64,000 nucleotides of DNA from a virus, in IMG/VR virus record IMGVR_UViG_3300027779_001649, positions 1 to 64,000 of that record; one strand, written 5' to 3'. This document shows positions 19,444 through 28,115 of the stretch, in pieces; position 1 is the first letter of the stretch; each line of letters starts with the position of its first letter. The notes below the pieces were generated by a model, which saw only the letters and a program-made list of their open reading frames with translations, was not told the origin of the DNA and ran no database searches. A program made the position numbers and the translations under genes.

Positions 19444-20047
19444 TTTGTAATGTATGTGGTTCACCGTAATGACCATTCACCTGTATATTCCATGATACAC
19501 TCATTCTTTCTTTATCATTAGTTCTAACCCAATGTTGTAACCAAGAAGGAAATATAAACCCAACTTCAGTTACAGAATCAAATTGAATCATACTAGAATT
19601 ATATATATTGTTTGTCTTACGTCTAGGAACTAATATAGAGGATTGCACTCTAGGGTCAAAGAATTGAATAGGTGCAGTATCACCTTCTGCTTTTAAATAG
19701 TATACACCAGATAGAAAATTACTACTATGAGTATGTGGAGGATGATTAGCACCAGCCCGCATTATATTACCCCACATATTAGTGATACAAATCCCCTCAT
19801 AGTCATAACCAAGGTCATCCAATATACCTTTAGTGATTTTAAGTATACCATCTCTAAAAGGCTGAAAAAAGGACAGTACATGCAAATCATCAGATGTCTG
19901 ATAGAGGTCTTTATCCTCTTTATTTGTTTCTATATACATTTTCATTTGCAGTAGGTCATGATCATTTAACCCGTCAACTGAGAACTCATGAACTAGTGTT
20001 GGAAACATTTCATGTCTTTTTACATTATCCAAGATATTATACTCCAT
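19421..20047 (-). CDS. Putative 2OG-Fe(II) oxygenase (TIGR02466-like)
   Basis: HPPHTH, SGVYYL, FPSWLQH, RMSVSWN. Confidence 0.85.
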   Translation of the reverse strand: MEYNILDNVKRHEMFPTLVHEFSVDGLNDHDLLQMKMYIETNKEDKDLYQTSDDLHVLSFFQPFRDGILKITKGILDDLGYDYEGICITNMWGNIMRAGANHPPHTHSSNFLSGVYYLKAEGDTAPIQFFDPRVQSSILVPRRKTNNIYNSSMIQFDSVTEVGFIFPSWLQHWVRTNDKERMSVSWNIQVNGHYGEPHTLQNAYIKEK

Positions 20048-20565
20048 CTGATGCCCTTGGTAACTTTACTTGCTTCATGAGGAAACATAAAGTTAGAAGG
20101 GAACATAATTGCCGAACCCTTCTTGGGGGTAAATAATTTGTCTGCTACGTAGAATTCACCACCCTCATAATCATCATTCAAATATAGAAGGGCAGATACT
20201 TGAGGATATCCATATTGTTGGCCATGACTGTGATGAATGTTGTCTACGTGTTTAGACATAAATCCGCCTTCGGAGTATTTATTAAGACGGAAATCTGTCA
20301 TTCTTTGTGCAGAAAAGAGAGGAAAAGTTGAGGAGTATTGTTTGATACAATATTCAAAGGCTGCTTTTAAATGTTCATAGTGGAAGTGATGTTTAGACCG
20401 AATCCAAACTTCATCCATTTGGACACGTTTTTCAGAGGTATCAGTTCGTCCTTTATGACTTGAATATGAAGATGGTTCAAAAGTCCAAGGATGATTTATC
20501 ACATCATCACACAATACATGAGGTACTACATCTTCATAATACCCAATGTATTCACCAACATCCAT
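20020..20565 (-). CDS. 2OG-Fe(II) prolyl-4-hydroxylase-like oxygenase
   Basis: HVD, LYLNDDYEGGEF, FPSNFMFPHE, RWSI. Confidence 0.9.
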   Translation of the reverse strand: MDVGEYIGYYEDVVPHVLCDDVINHPWTFEPSSYSSHKGRTDTSEKRVQMDEVWIRSKHHFHYEHLKAAFEYCIKQYSSTFPLFSAQRMTDFRLNKYSEGGFMSKHVDNIHHSHGQQYGYPQVSALLYLNDDYEGGEFYVADKLFTPKKGSAIMFPSNFMFPHEASKVTKGIRWSIISWIM

Positions 20566-20871
20566 TTAAAACCAACCCATAATCATTTTACCTTCTTCTG
20601 ATACCATGTCCATAGAAAAAGGTGGATCAAATATTAGATTTCGTTCAACAGAAGTTACACCCTCTACACTTTCAATTGCATCAGTAATACTTTTACAGAT
20701 TTCTTCTGCAAATGGACACATCATACTTGTAAGTGAATGTTCACATAATACTGACCCATCTTCTTTAACTTCTAGTGTGTAGATTAATCCTAGATCGTAA
20801 ATGTTGACACTAGGCATCTCTGGGTCAAACACACATTTTAGTTCAGCTATAACTTGTTCTTCTAATGACAT
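20566..20871 (-). CDS. DUF59/SufT-like Fe-S cluster assembly protein
   Basis: DPEMPSVNIYDLGLIY, LTSMMCP, FDPPF. Confidence 0.9.
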   Translation of the reverse strand: MSLEEQVIAELKCVFDPEMPSVNIYDLGLIYTLEVKEDGSVLCEHSLTSMMCPFAEEICKSITDAIESVEGVTSVERNLIFDPPFSMDMVSEEGKMIMGWF

Positions 20872-21302
20872 TAAACCATTCCTGCTTCAAACTTCTTCCA
20901 CTCAGTTGCGTTACGAATATCCCATCCACGATTATCAATAGATTTAATAACACCCTCACAATATTTTATTAACATTTCATAATAACTAATCTTGGTTTGT
21001 AATTCTAGAATTTCATCATCAGATTGTATATACATCATTAGGTCATTTTTTAGGACTCTAATATCAAATGGTTTTGCAGCATACACCTTTGCATCTGCTT
21101 TACCACCATAGTATTCCCATTTCTCACGATACATCCTTTGATGTTCTGCTTTTCGCATCATGAGAAGTTGTTCATATTTTGTTCTATGGTCTAGCCATTT
21201 TGATTTTATTTTTTGATTTTTGAAAGATTCTTGATCAAGTCTCTCATGATTCGTGATAGTAAGGTCTGTTCTTGCTTCGTTTTGTAGTTCTTCTAATTTC
21301 AT
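20871..21302 (-). CDS. uvsY: Recombination mediator
   Basis: KWEYYGGKA, IDNRGWDIRNATEWKKFEAG; start MKLEELQ. Confidence 0.9.
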   Translation of the reverse strand: MKLEELQNEARTDLTITNHERLDQESFKNQKIKSKWLDHRTKYEQLLMMRKAEHQRMYREKWEYYGGKADAKVYAAKPFDIRVLKNDLMMYIQSDDEILELQTKISYYEMLIKYCEGVIKSIDNRGWDIRNATEWKKFEAGMV

Positions 21303-21320
21303 TATATACTCTTCAAAAGT

Positions 21321-21414
21321 GTGCAAAGGGAGGAGGTTTGCTCTCGTATCTTATATATTGTCTCTAAGACAAAAAATTGATAGACTTGTTAAAGCTTAAC
21401 CTACCTGTCTGCAC
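21321..21414 (-). ncRNA. Candidate structured RNA or leader between the late promoter and uvsY
   Basis: GUGCAGA/UUUGCAC and AGGUAGGUU/AACCUCCU long-range stems; internal UUGUCU/AGACAA hairpin. Confidence 0.4.
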
Positions 21415-21419
21415 TAATG

Positions 21420-21427
21420 TATTTATA
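21420..21427 (-). promoter_or_regulatory. T4-type late promoter TATAAATA
   Basis: Exact consensus at the end of gp3. Confidence 0.7.
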
Positions 21428-22004
21428 AATTCCTAAATTCATAAATTTGATATTGGAATGTTGCACTCGTACTAATATATGTAACATCAGTAGCATCTTG
21501 GGTATATCCTAGTCCACCCAATGAAACAGGATATGCATCATGAAAATCTAGTTCTAGGATAGGGTTATTTTTATTGGATAATATTGTTACATACATATCT
21601 GAGAATAACGCATTGGCAGGTGTTGGTGCTTTTACATCACCAATATCAGAACTAACACCCCTTGTGTTTGTTGGAGTATTTGACGTATTAGATCTAAAGT
21701 CACTAAACTGTTGTCTAGATTTAGGAAATCCTATTGCAGTCATCCATTCATGTAATGAACGATAATTCTCCAGATACTCATCTACTATGAATTCTATAGT
21801 AAGAGTATCATAAGTTATAGTATCACCCATAACTGGAATAGATTTGAATGGGGTAGGAAATATGGCATCTCCTAGATTAATTCCAGGCAAGTTTACAGCT
21901 GTAGTAAAAAACTCTACCTTCGGTAATTGGTGTACACCAAATTTGAATTGTGTTGGACTTGCATAGTCTAACTTAGTTGGTTGTCTGTCATGTGCGCCTG
22001 CCAT
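21423..22004 (-). CDS. gp3: Tail completion/sheath stabilizer
   Basis: SPTQFKF, LPGINLG, FIVDEYLENY, LSNKNNP; position after gp23. Confidence 0.85.
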   Translation of the reverse strand: MAGAHDRQPTKLDYASPTQFKFGVHQLPKVEFFTTAVNLPGINLGDAIFPTPFKSIPVMGDTITYDTLTIEFIVDEYLENYRSLHEWMTAIGFPKSRQQFSDFRSNTSNTPTNTRGVSSDIGDVKAPTPANALFSDMYVTILSNKNNPILELDFHDAYPVSLGGLGYTQDATDVTYISTSATFQYQIYEFRNL

Positions 22005-22023
22005 GTATATCTCCTAGCATTAC

Positions 22024-22031
22024 TATTTATA
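22024..22031 (-). promoter_or_regulatory. T4-type late promoter TATAAATA (gp3)
   Basis: Exact consensus upstream of an AGGAG RBS. Confidence 0.8.
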
Positions 22032-22033
22032 AC

Positions 22034-22063
22034 AAAAAAAAGGGAGAGCAAAAAGCTCTCCCT
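22034..22063 (-). terminator. Rho-independent terminator after gp23
   Basis: AGGGAGAGC/GCTCTCCCT 9-bp stem plus T run. Confidence 0.9.
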
Positions 22064-22085
22064 AAGTTCTCGTAATTCCCTTATT

Positions 22086-23426
22086 TTACATAAGGTTAGC
22101 GACCTTAACTCGGCGATACCAAGAGTTGGTATTTGCATCCAGTGAAGCATCGGTATTAACCGTGTCACCAGCTGCAACTGCACCAGCAGCTGCGAACGGA
22201 TTAGCAGCAAGACCATAACGGGTCTTAAATCCGATTTTTGGTTGAAAGGAACTTTCACCAACCGCACGTACCATTTGAAGAGGCACATATGGGCAATAAA
22301 AGAAACCTGCGTCATAAGGTGAAGTACCTTTATAACCACAAACATAATACTGACTAGCAGAAATGTTAGCGGCATATGGGTCAACATAAACCTTAAAGCG
22401 ACCGTTCATAACACCAGCAAATGTCGTTGAAGTATCATCAACATTCAAGTTGTTGTTAAGAGCAGGAGTGTAATCAAGTACACCAGCCATTTGTAGTGCA
22501 GACGCAACGTCGGCGGAACAAATGATCATGTTACCTTTACCCCTACGAGTCCGTTGACCAATAGCATTGGCATCACGTTCAATTGCGAACATAAGACCTT
22601 TGAATTTTTCAACTGACCAACGACCATTAGAGTCGGTGTCTAAATCAAAAATACCGGCAGTTGTCGTATTGATCTGAGCACCAGCTTCTGCGGTGATGTA
22701 CAGGGAACGAACAACTTCACGATTGATTTCTGCAAGAATTTCAGAACTAAGAATATTAGCAAGTTCTGTTTCTGCGTCAAGACCATGAATTGCTTTCAAG
22801 TCTTGAGCAAGTTCCATTGTGTACTCTGCTTTTAGAGCACGGGAAACCGCAGTAACCGTGGATTTCTCAATTGAGAATGCCATTTCTGAGAAGGCGTTAG
22901 CCGCAGAGTCACCCAATGCTTCTGCTTGTGCAGTAGTCATACCAGTTGCAGAAACATAAGTTCCAGCAGATGGACTGTCATTTAGGACAGCAGGGTTAGT
23001 CTCGGTTGCACCAACATCACCACCACCGATAGTACCGGCTTTATTTTGGTTAGAGATATCGGGCATTGACTCATCAACAAGTGCTTCTGCACCGTCTTGA
23101 GAGATGAATGAGGAACGCATAGCAAAGATAAGACCAGTTGGTCCTGTCATTGGTTGCACACCGCAAACGTCATATGCAATGAGATTAGGCATTGCACGGC
23201 GAACTAATGAAATTAGGATTGGATCCCAAGTGTCCATTTGTCCACCAGACATAGCGTTGACAGGAGCAGTTTCACTAAGATACTGATGATCCTCCCGCAT
23301 GGCTTTTTCTTGGTTTTCCAAGATAATAGTAGTAACAGCTCGCTTGTATGAATCCTCAATCTTTGGTAGATCGGGGTGTTCAAGGACTGGCTGCCACTTT
23401 TCCTGTAGATGTTCTGTCTGAAACAT
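22086..23426 (-). CDS. gp23: Major capsid protein
   Basis: GVQPMTGPTGLIFAMR, LKAEYTMELAQDLKAIHGLDAE, FQPKIGFKTRYG. Confidence 0.98.
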   Translation of the reverse strand: MFQTEHLQEKWQPVLEHPDLPKIEDSYKRAVTTIILENQEKAMREDHQYLSETAPVNAMSGGQMDTWDPILISLVRRAMPNLIAYDVCGVQPMTGPTGLIFAMRSSFISQDGAEALVDESMPDISNQNKAGTIGGGDVGATETNPAVLNDSPSAGTYVSATGMTTAQAEALGDSAANAFSEMAFSIEKSTVTAVSRALKAEYTMELAQDLKAIHGLDAETELANILSSEILAEINREVVRSLYITAEAGAQINTTTAGIFDLDTDSNGRWSVEKFKGLMFAIERDANAIGQRTRRGKGNMIICSADVASALQMAGVLDYTPALNNNLNVDDTSTTFAGVMNGRFKVYVDPYAANISASQYYVCGYKGTSPYDAGFFYCPYVPLQMVRAVGESSFQPKIGFKTRYGLAANPFAAAGAVAAGDTVNTDASLDANTNSWYRRVKVANLM

Positions 23427-23455
23427 TGTTGTTTCTCCTTTACTTTTATTACATC

Positions 23456-23463
23456 TATTTATA
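23456..23463 (-). promoter_or_regulatory. T4-type late promoter (gp23)
   Basis: TATAAATA upstream of AAGGAG. Confidence 0.85.
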
Positions 23464-23468
23464 AAATG

Positions 23469-24830
23469 TTAACTAGCACGAGCCTTTGACTGACTAATAG
23501 CATTCAAATAACTTGACATACTTTTAGAGGTGTCTACGTCCTGTGCGGAGCCGTCAGCATCATTATCTAGGTCATCACTTGCGGATGGTTGAGTTTTTGG
23601 GAAGTAACTTTCTTTAAGAGTGTTTAATTTCTCTTTGAAAGATTCTTCGTTAGAAAATTCTACATCTTGAGTTAGTGACTTAAATTTTTCAACTTCAGTA
23701 TCGGCTAAATCTTCGGAAACCTCGGAAATAACCTGTTCACGAACCAATGAATTATTGGATTCTTTGACTTCCATACTTTTGGAAATCTCAGTATTCAATT
23801 TTTCTTCTAGTTCGGAAATTTTCTCAGATTGAGCTTCCAGAACATCGTACTTTTCGTCTGGAACATCAATGTAGTGATCTTCAAATAATTGTTTTAGACC
23901 AGAAATGAAATCTTCTGCGATTTCACCTTTAAGACCACGTTCTATTGCTAGTTCGTTTTCTTTAGTCCACTCTTCAACAACATAGTTGAGATACGTGTCT
24001 ACTTTCTCAGTAAGTTCGTCTTTGAAAGTATCCATTTCTGTTAGTTTTTCAGAAGCAACTTCTTCTATAATTCGTTCTACTTCAGAACGAACTTTAGATT
24101 TAACTGCAGCTTCAAAGATCGTTGCGGCTTTTTCTTTGAATTCTTCGGAGAGAGAATCATCGGAACTCATCAAAGCATCAACGTCTTCTTTAACGTCAAT
24201 CTCTTTAATTCGTTTTTCAACTTCTTCTTTCTTCGCAGCTTCAATAGCCTCTTGATCCCGAATTTCTTCTTCGTCATCATCTTCATCTTCTTCTGAAACA
24301 TCAACAGCACTGTGAGAAGAATACATTTTCTTAATCTCAGTAGCAGTCATTTTTTCAAATACAGCGAGATGTTCCGCTTTAGTTCTTGGGGACTCAGAAA
24401 GGTCTTCACCGTCATGATCAACCTCATCACCAGCTGCGATATGATCGGCAGTGGTATTAGAGGCTTTCTTACGAGGATGAACATTTTTACCCTGAGCAGG
24501 AGCACCTTTAATATTGGTATCTCCTGTAGAGCGTTTTGAATTCATCTTCTCATCTTTTTCGGCATCTTTCTGTTGTGCGTCTCCAGAAACTTCCTTTGCT
24601 TTAGCAGCAACGGATTTAGCGGGAGCGGAAGACTGTTCACCATCTACCACAGCGGCACCAGTGTCTTGTCTCTCACCCTCTATTTTAGAACCTTTTTCAG
24701 AAGGTAAACTTCCCTTTTTGGGAGCATCTGCACCAGCTTCAGCTAGTTCGTCATTTGCTTCCTCAAGTTCAGCAATTACTTCTGCCTCAAGTTCCTCTAT
24801 AGTCTTGTCTAATTCATTTGCGTCAGACAT
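23469..24830 (-). CDS. gp22: Prohead core scaffold protein
   Basis: Acidic coiled coil; FKEKAATIFEAAV, YLNYVVEEW, LKESYF. Confidence 0.9.
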   Translation of the reverse strand: MSDANELDKTIEELEAEVIAELEEANDELAEAGADAPKKGSLPSEKGSKIEGERQDTGAAVVDGEQSSAPAKSVAAKAKEVSGDAQQKDAEKDEKMNSKRSTGDTNIKGAPAQGKNVHPRKKASNTTADHIAAGDEVDHDGEDLSESPRTKAEHLAVFEKMTATEIKKMYSSHSAVDVSEEDEDDDEEEIRDQEAIEAAKKEEVEKRIKEIDVKEDVDALMSSDDSLSEEFKEKAATIFEAAVKSKVRSEVERIIEEVASEKLTEMDTFKDELTEKVDTYLNYVVEEWTKENELAIERGLKGEIAEDFISGLKQLFEDHYIDVPDEKYDVLEAQSEKISELEEKLNTEISKSMEVKESNNSLVREQVISEVSEDLADTEVEKFKSLTQDVEFSNEESFKEKLNTLKESYFPKTQPSASDDLDNDADGSAQDVDTSKSMSSYLNAISQSKARAS

Positions 24831-24869
24831 AGGGGGATCTCCTTTTTTATTCTAACTTCCTTATTTGTT

Positions 24870-24877
24870 TATTTATA
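24870..24877 (-). promoter_or_regulatory. T4-type late promoter (gp22)
   Basis: TATAAATA upstream of gp22. Confidence 0.8.
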
Positions 24878-24879
24878 AA

Positions 24880-25536
24880 TTACAACATTTTGAGGAATTT
24901 GGCGAACTCCAAAGCTTCGTTATTCGCCTCTTTATGACGCTTTTTAACGTCAATTCGTTTTTTCATATCCGCAAGTTGAGCTTCTACGATATTTCCATGA
25001 TCCCAGACCCACTCTTTTCCCTCCATAATACCTTCTACAAAGGCATTAGGAGCAGATGGATCTGCAACTATGTCAGCTGCTGTTGCGAGATAGAAATCAT
25101 CTCTTACATAATTCGCACCGTTTTTTGATTCTAAACTACCCATTCCTCTTGAAGAAACACCTAGTTTTGCACCCTCGTCCATTAAACTTTTAACTATCTT
25201 ACCCATAGGTGTGTCCATTATCTTAGCTTCACCAACAAAATTCTTACCATTAGGGGTTAAACTTGTAATCATGTGGGAAACTCTCTCCAGATTGACCGTT
25301 GGGCCGTCTGGATGTCCAAGTTCACCAAATGCACGTTTCTCTTTAATAAAATTCTTATTATACTTATCAACCTCAGTTTCAAGTATTTCCATAGGATATA
25401 CACGACCATTACGGTTCTTAATGTCCGCTTGCATGAAAATACCTTTAATCTTATAACTTTTCTTTCCGTTTTCCTTTTCTTCTACTAAATATTCGCAGCT
25501 TTCTACGGATTCGGATATTAATTTTAGTGTTTGCAT
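24880..25536 (-). CDS. gp21: Prohead protease
   Basis: NRNGRVYP, GELGHP, GVSSRGMGS, ADPSAP. Confidence 0.95.
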   Translation of the reverse strand: MQTLKLISESVESCEYLVEEKENGKKSYKIKGIFMQADIKNRNGRVYPMEILETEVDKYNKNFIKEKRAFGELGHPDGPTVNLERVSHMITSLTPNGKNFVGEAKIMDTPMGKIVKSLMDEGAKLGVSSRGMGSLESKNGANYVRDDFYLATAADIVADPSAPNAFVEGIMEGKEWVWDHGNIVEAQLADMKKRIDVKKRHKEANNEALEFAKFLKML

Positions 25537-25540
25537 GACT

Positions 25541-26203
25541 TTAATCCCATATTTCGTACTTAATTGGTTGTTTCCTCTTAGAGTTAAAGATGAAATCCCT
25601 TAAATGGTGTTTTTTACGATTAACACCCTCTTGGTTGTACCCTATACCCATTAACAATAACGGTTTTTCCTCTAAGTTTGCAATTTGTTTAATTGCTTGT
25701 GCATCAAAACATTGACAACACCCTGTTCGGTATCCCAATAAAGAGGCAGTTAAGTTTAAATAACCAGTTGCAATACCTACTGCGACCTGTCTATCTCTCT
25801 CTAACTCTTTTAATTTCTTTTCATCCCACTTACCTGTCTTAATATAACTTAGTGTAGCGGCATTTCTGTGCAAATCATCTGTTAAATCATTAGTAAAATC
25901 ATAATTTTCAAAAATTACCAAGAGGTTTGCGAGTGTTTGAGGATTTGTTTCGTATCCTACAGGGTCACCTTTCTTTCTCTTAGTACTAAATCCTTCTGTG
26001 TGAGTATGAATTTCTTCAATAACATCACGGTCTTGTATAAAATGTACCTTATAAAACGCAATATTTTGTTTACTAGGACAGTTTGTTACCGAATGTAGTA
26101 GAGTTTTTACATCATCCTTCGGTATTTCTTTAGTCAAATCCCAATTTCGTTGGGTATGTTGACTTTTAATTACTGCCTTTTCTATTTCAGTGTGCGTATA
26201 CAT
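25541..26203 (-). CDS. Nitroreductase-family protein
   Basis: SQHTQRNW, CPSKQN, GIATGYLNLTASLLGYRTG, LLMGIGY. Confidence 0.75.
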   Translation of the reverse strand: MYTHTEIEKAVIKSQHTQRNWDLTKEIPKDDVKTLLHSVTNCPSKQNIAFYKVHFIQDRDVIEEIHTHTEGFSTKRKKGDPVGYETNPQTLANLLVIFENYDFTNDLTDDLHRNAATLSYIKTGKWDEKKLKELERDRQVAVGIATGYLNLTASLLGYRTGCCQCFDAQAIKQIANLEEKPLLLMGIGYNQEGVNRKKHHLRDFIFNSKRKQPIKYEIWD

Positions 26204-26213
26204 TATATTTAGT

Positions 26214-27281
26214 CTATCCTATACTTCTAATATCTTCTACTACATGGCGCATATCACCATCTATTGTTGCTTCATACTGTATTGGAGCAGACTGTTTTAA
26301 TCTCTTTGTATCTTCTTCTGAGATATCTACAATAGTACATCCATTAGCTACCGCATCGTCTTCATATTTCTTACAATCTTCCAGTGACCATTTTCGTTCT
26401 ATCTTTGCAACCTTCTTAGCTGCAATAGTAAATGCTTCTTGTTGTTCAGAAGTCAAACTGTCAAATAGTGGTTGTCCTATCAAGATGGTAGTAAGAAACA
26501 TACTATGATTAGATTTAAGTATATTCTTACCAGAGAATCTAAGATACGTTGTTTCTACTGCACCTCCATTAGAAGCTGATTCTTTAATTTCCTGAATTTT
26601 TTGATTCATTCGTGGTTTTGCTACAGCTCCAACATCACTAAATAATCTATCGGTATTAGGAGTTGTAACTAAATCTAATCCTTTAAGGTCATCCAAAGAT
26701 GTTATTGGATGGTCAGACCCGATAATACGGTATCCACCACTATAGGTAAATCCTAATCCCCTAACTCCACTGGTATCCCGACCATCTTTCTTATGGGTTG
26801 TAGAAGCCCATTCTCCCAGATGTAAGGTATCCAATAATTTCTGTCCTATAGAACCATCTAATGATTTTGTTACATGGTCATGGTCTTTAAATAAGAAGGG
26901 CAAATCTAAAAGAGAAAATCGTCTGTCAAGATGTCTACCAATAACAGTAACTTGAGTTTGACTCATATGAAATTTTTGTTCTCTAAGTCCTTGCCAAAAT
27001 GCCGACCATTTCTTTCTGACATCCTTCCATTCAGAAGGAATAAACAACTTCTTTCTACCTTGGGGCATTTCCCAAGTTTCAAGAGATGTCTCTGCTGGTT
27101 TTAATCCTAATTCGGGAATATCACCATATTTCTGGATATACTGTCCCATCATTAAAACCTCAACCTCAAACTGCCCAGGAAGTAACTTATCTAATTCCTT
27201 GGCAAATGCTTTTGCAGTTCGTACAAAGAGGTATGCCGGTTGGTGGGCAATTAACCATCTTAAAACAACAGGATTACTCAT
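26214..27281 (-). CDS. TRAP DctP-like solute-binding protein without a signal peptide
   Basis: LLDLPFLFKDHDH, GLGFTYSGGYRII, ITSLDDLKG, SLTSEQQEAF. Confidence 0.8.
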   Translation of the reverse strand: MSNPVVLRWLIAHQPAYLFVRTAKAFAKELDKLLPGQFEVEVLMMGQYIQKYGDIPELGLKPAETSLETWEMPQGRKKLFIPSEWKDVRKKWSAFWQGLREQKFHMSQTQVTVIGRHLDRRFSLLDLPFLFKDHDHVTKSLDGSIGQKLLDTLHLGEWASTTHKKDGRDTSGVRGLGFTYSGGYRIIGSDHPITSLDDLKGLDLVTTPNTDRLFSDVGAVAKPRMNQKIQEIKESASNGGAVETTYLRFSGKNILKSNHSMFLTTILIGQPLFDSLTSEQQEAFTIAAKKVAKIERKWSLEDCKKYEDDAVANGCTIVDISEEDTKRLKQSAPIQYEATIDGDMRHVVEDIRSIG

Positions 27282-27290
27282 TCTAACATC

Positions 27291-27671
27291 CTAAGTTATA
27301 TTATCCCATCCAGATACTTTTTTCATACGTAACCAGACTGTTCCTACAGATGCAGAACCATTTGTCAGTTGTACATCTCCTGTGACACCACTTCCTCCAT
27401 TATTGGGAATAGACGGCATACCATCTCCGAAACCTACTTTACCACTTCCATTTAAGGACAGTGCAGCAACATTTGTTGTTGCGTCCCATTCTATATCTGT
27501 TGTTGATGAAACTGACCATGCAATACCAGTAATAGTAGTACGTGGATCGGTTGCGGCACCAGCTGCATCCGAAGCATCAAAAACACTAGCAGAACTGTTA
27601 GTTCCACTAGTAGTAATTTTTAAAAAGTATTCAAAATCGCTATCCACGATCTCTTGTAATACTACGGCCAT
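27291..27671 (-). CDS. Hypothetical protein (possible virion component)
   Basis: 126-aa ORF with RBS inside the head operon; Gly/Ser/Thr-rich. Confidence 0.6.
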   Translation of the reverse strand: MAVVLQEIVDSDFEYFLKITTSGTNSSASVFDASDAAGAATDPRTTITGIAWSVSSTTDIEWDATTNVAALSLNGSGKVGFGDGMPSIPNNGGSGVTGDVQLTNGSASVGTVWLRMKKVSGWDNIT

Positions 27672-27681
27672 TGTTTAACTC

Positions 27682-27930
27682 CTATATTGATAACATCTCT
27701 TTCTCAAAATAACCCAGAAGTTTCTTCTCAGGAACCTTGTGTTTTTTAGATACTTCTTTTATTGTTTTTTCAAAACTATTTAGGAAATCTGTAGGTTTAG
27801 ATTCCATCTTTTTAAAGATATCATCAACGGCGTTCCGCATCTTAGGAGATAATCGCTTATACTCCTTAGATTTACGATGTTCGTCCTTCTCTACAACTGA
27901 ATTTTCATATAATTCTAAAAAATCAATCAT
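27682..27930 (-). CDS. Hypothetical head-operon protein
   Basis: 82 aa, ATGA-coupled to the upstream gene. Confidence 0.65.
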   Translation of the reverse strand: MIDFLELYENSVVEKDEHRKSKEYKRLSPKMRNAVDDIFKKMESKPTDFLNSFEKTIKEVSKKHKVPEKKLLGYFEKEMLSI

Positions 27931-28115
27931 TCCTGTTCTTTCTCTGTATCAGGAGCATCCCTCATATCCTGTGCTTGTTGAACAAAGGTTTTTGCGACAT
28001 CTCCTCTTTTAAGTTCTAAAGTAGCACCTACTTTTGTTACTATAGCTGTTGTAAATGCATCTTTAGCACCTATATTATCTCCATCAGAAACTTTATCTAC
28101 AAATTCTCTACTCAT
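27927..28115 (-). CDS. Small prohead core protein (gp67-like)
   Basis: MSREFVDKV...AKDAF...VAKTF, 62 aa, directly after the portal gene. Confidence 0.6.
   Translation of the reverse strand: MSREFVDKVSDGDNIGAKDAFTTAIVTKVGATLELKRGDVAKTFVQQAQDMRDAPDTEKEQE

Noticed and set aside
26206-26213. ACTAAATA late box before the nitroreductase
   Set aside because: Only 2 nt from the ATG, too close for the expected start site; left unannotated.
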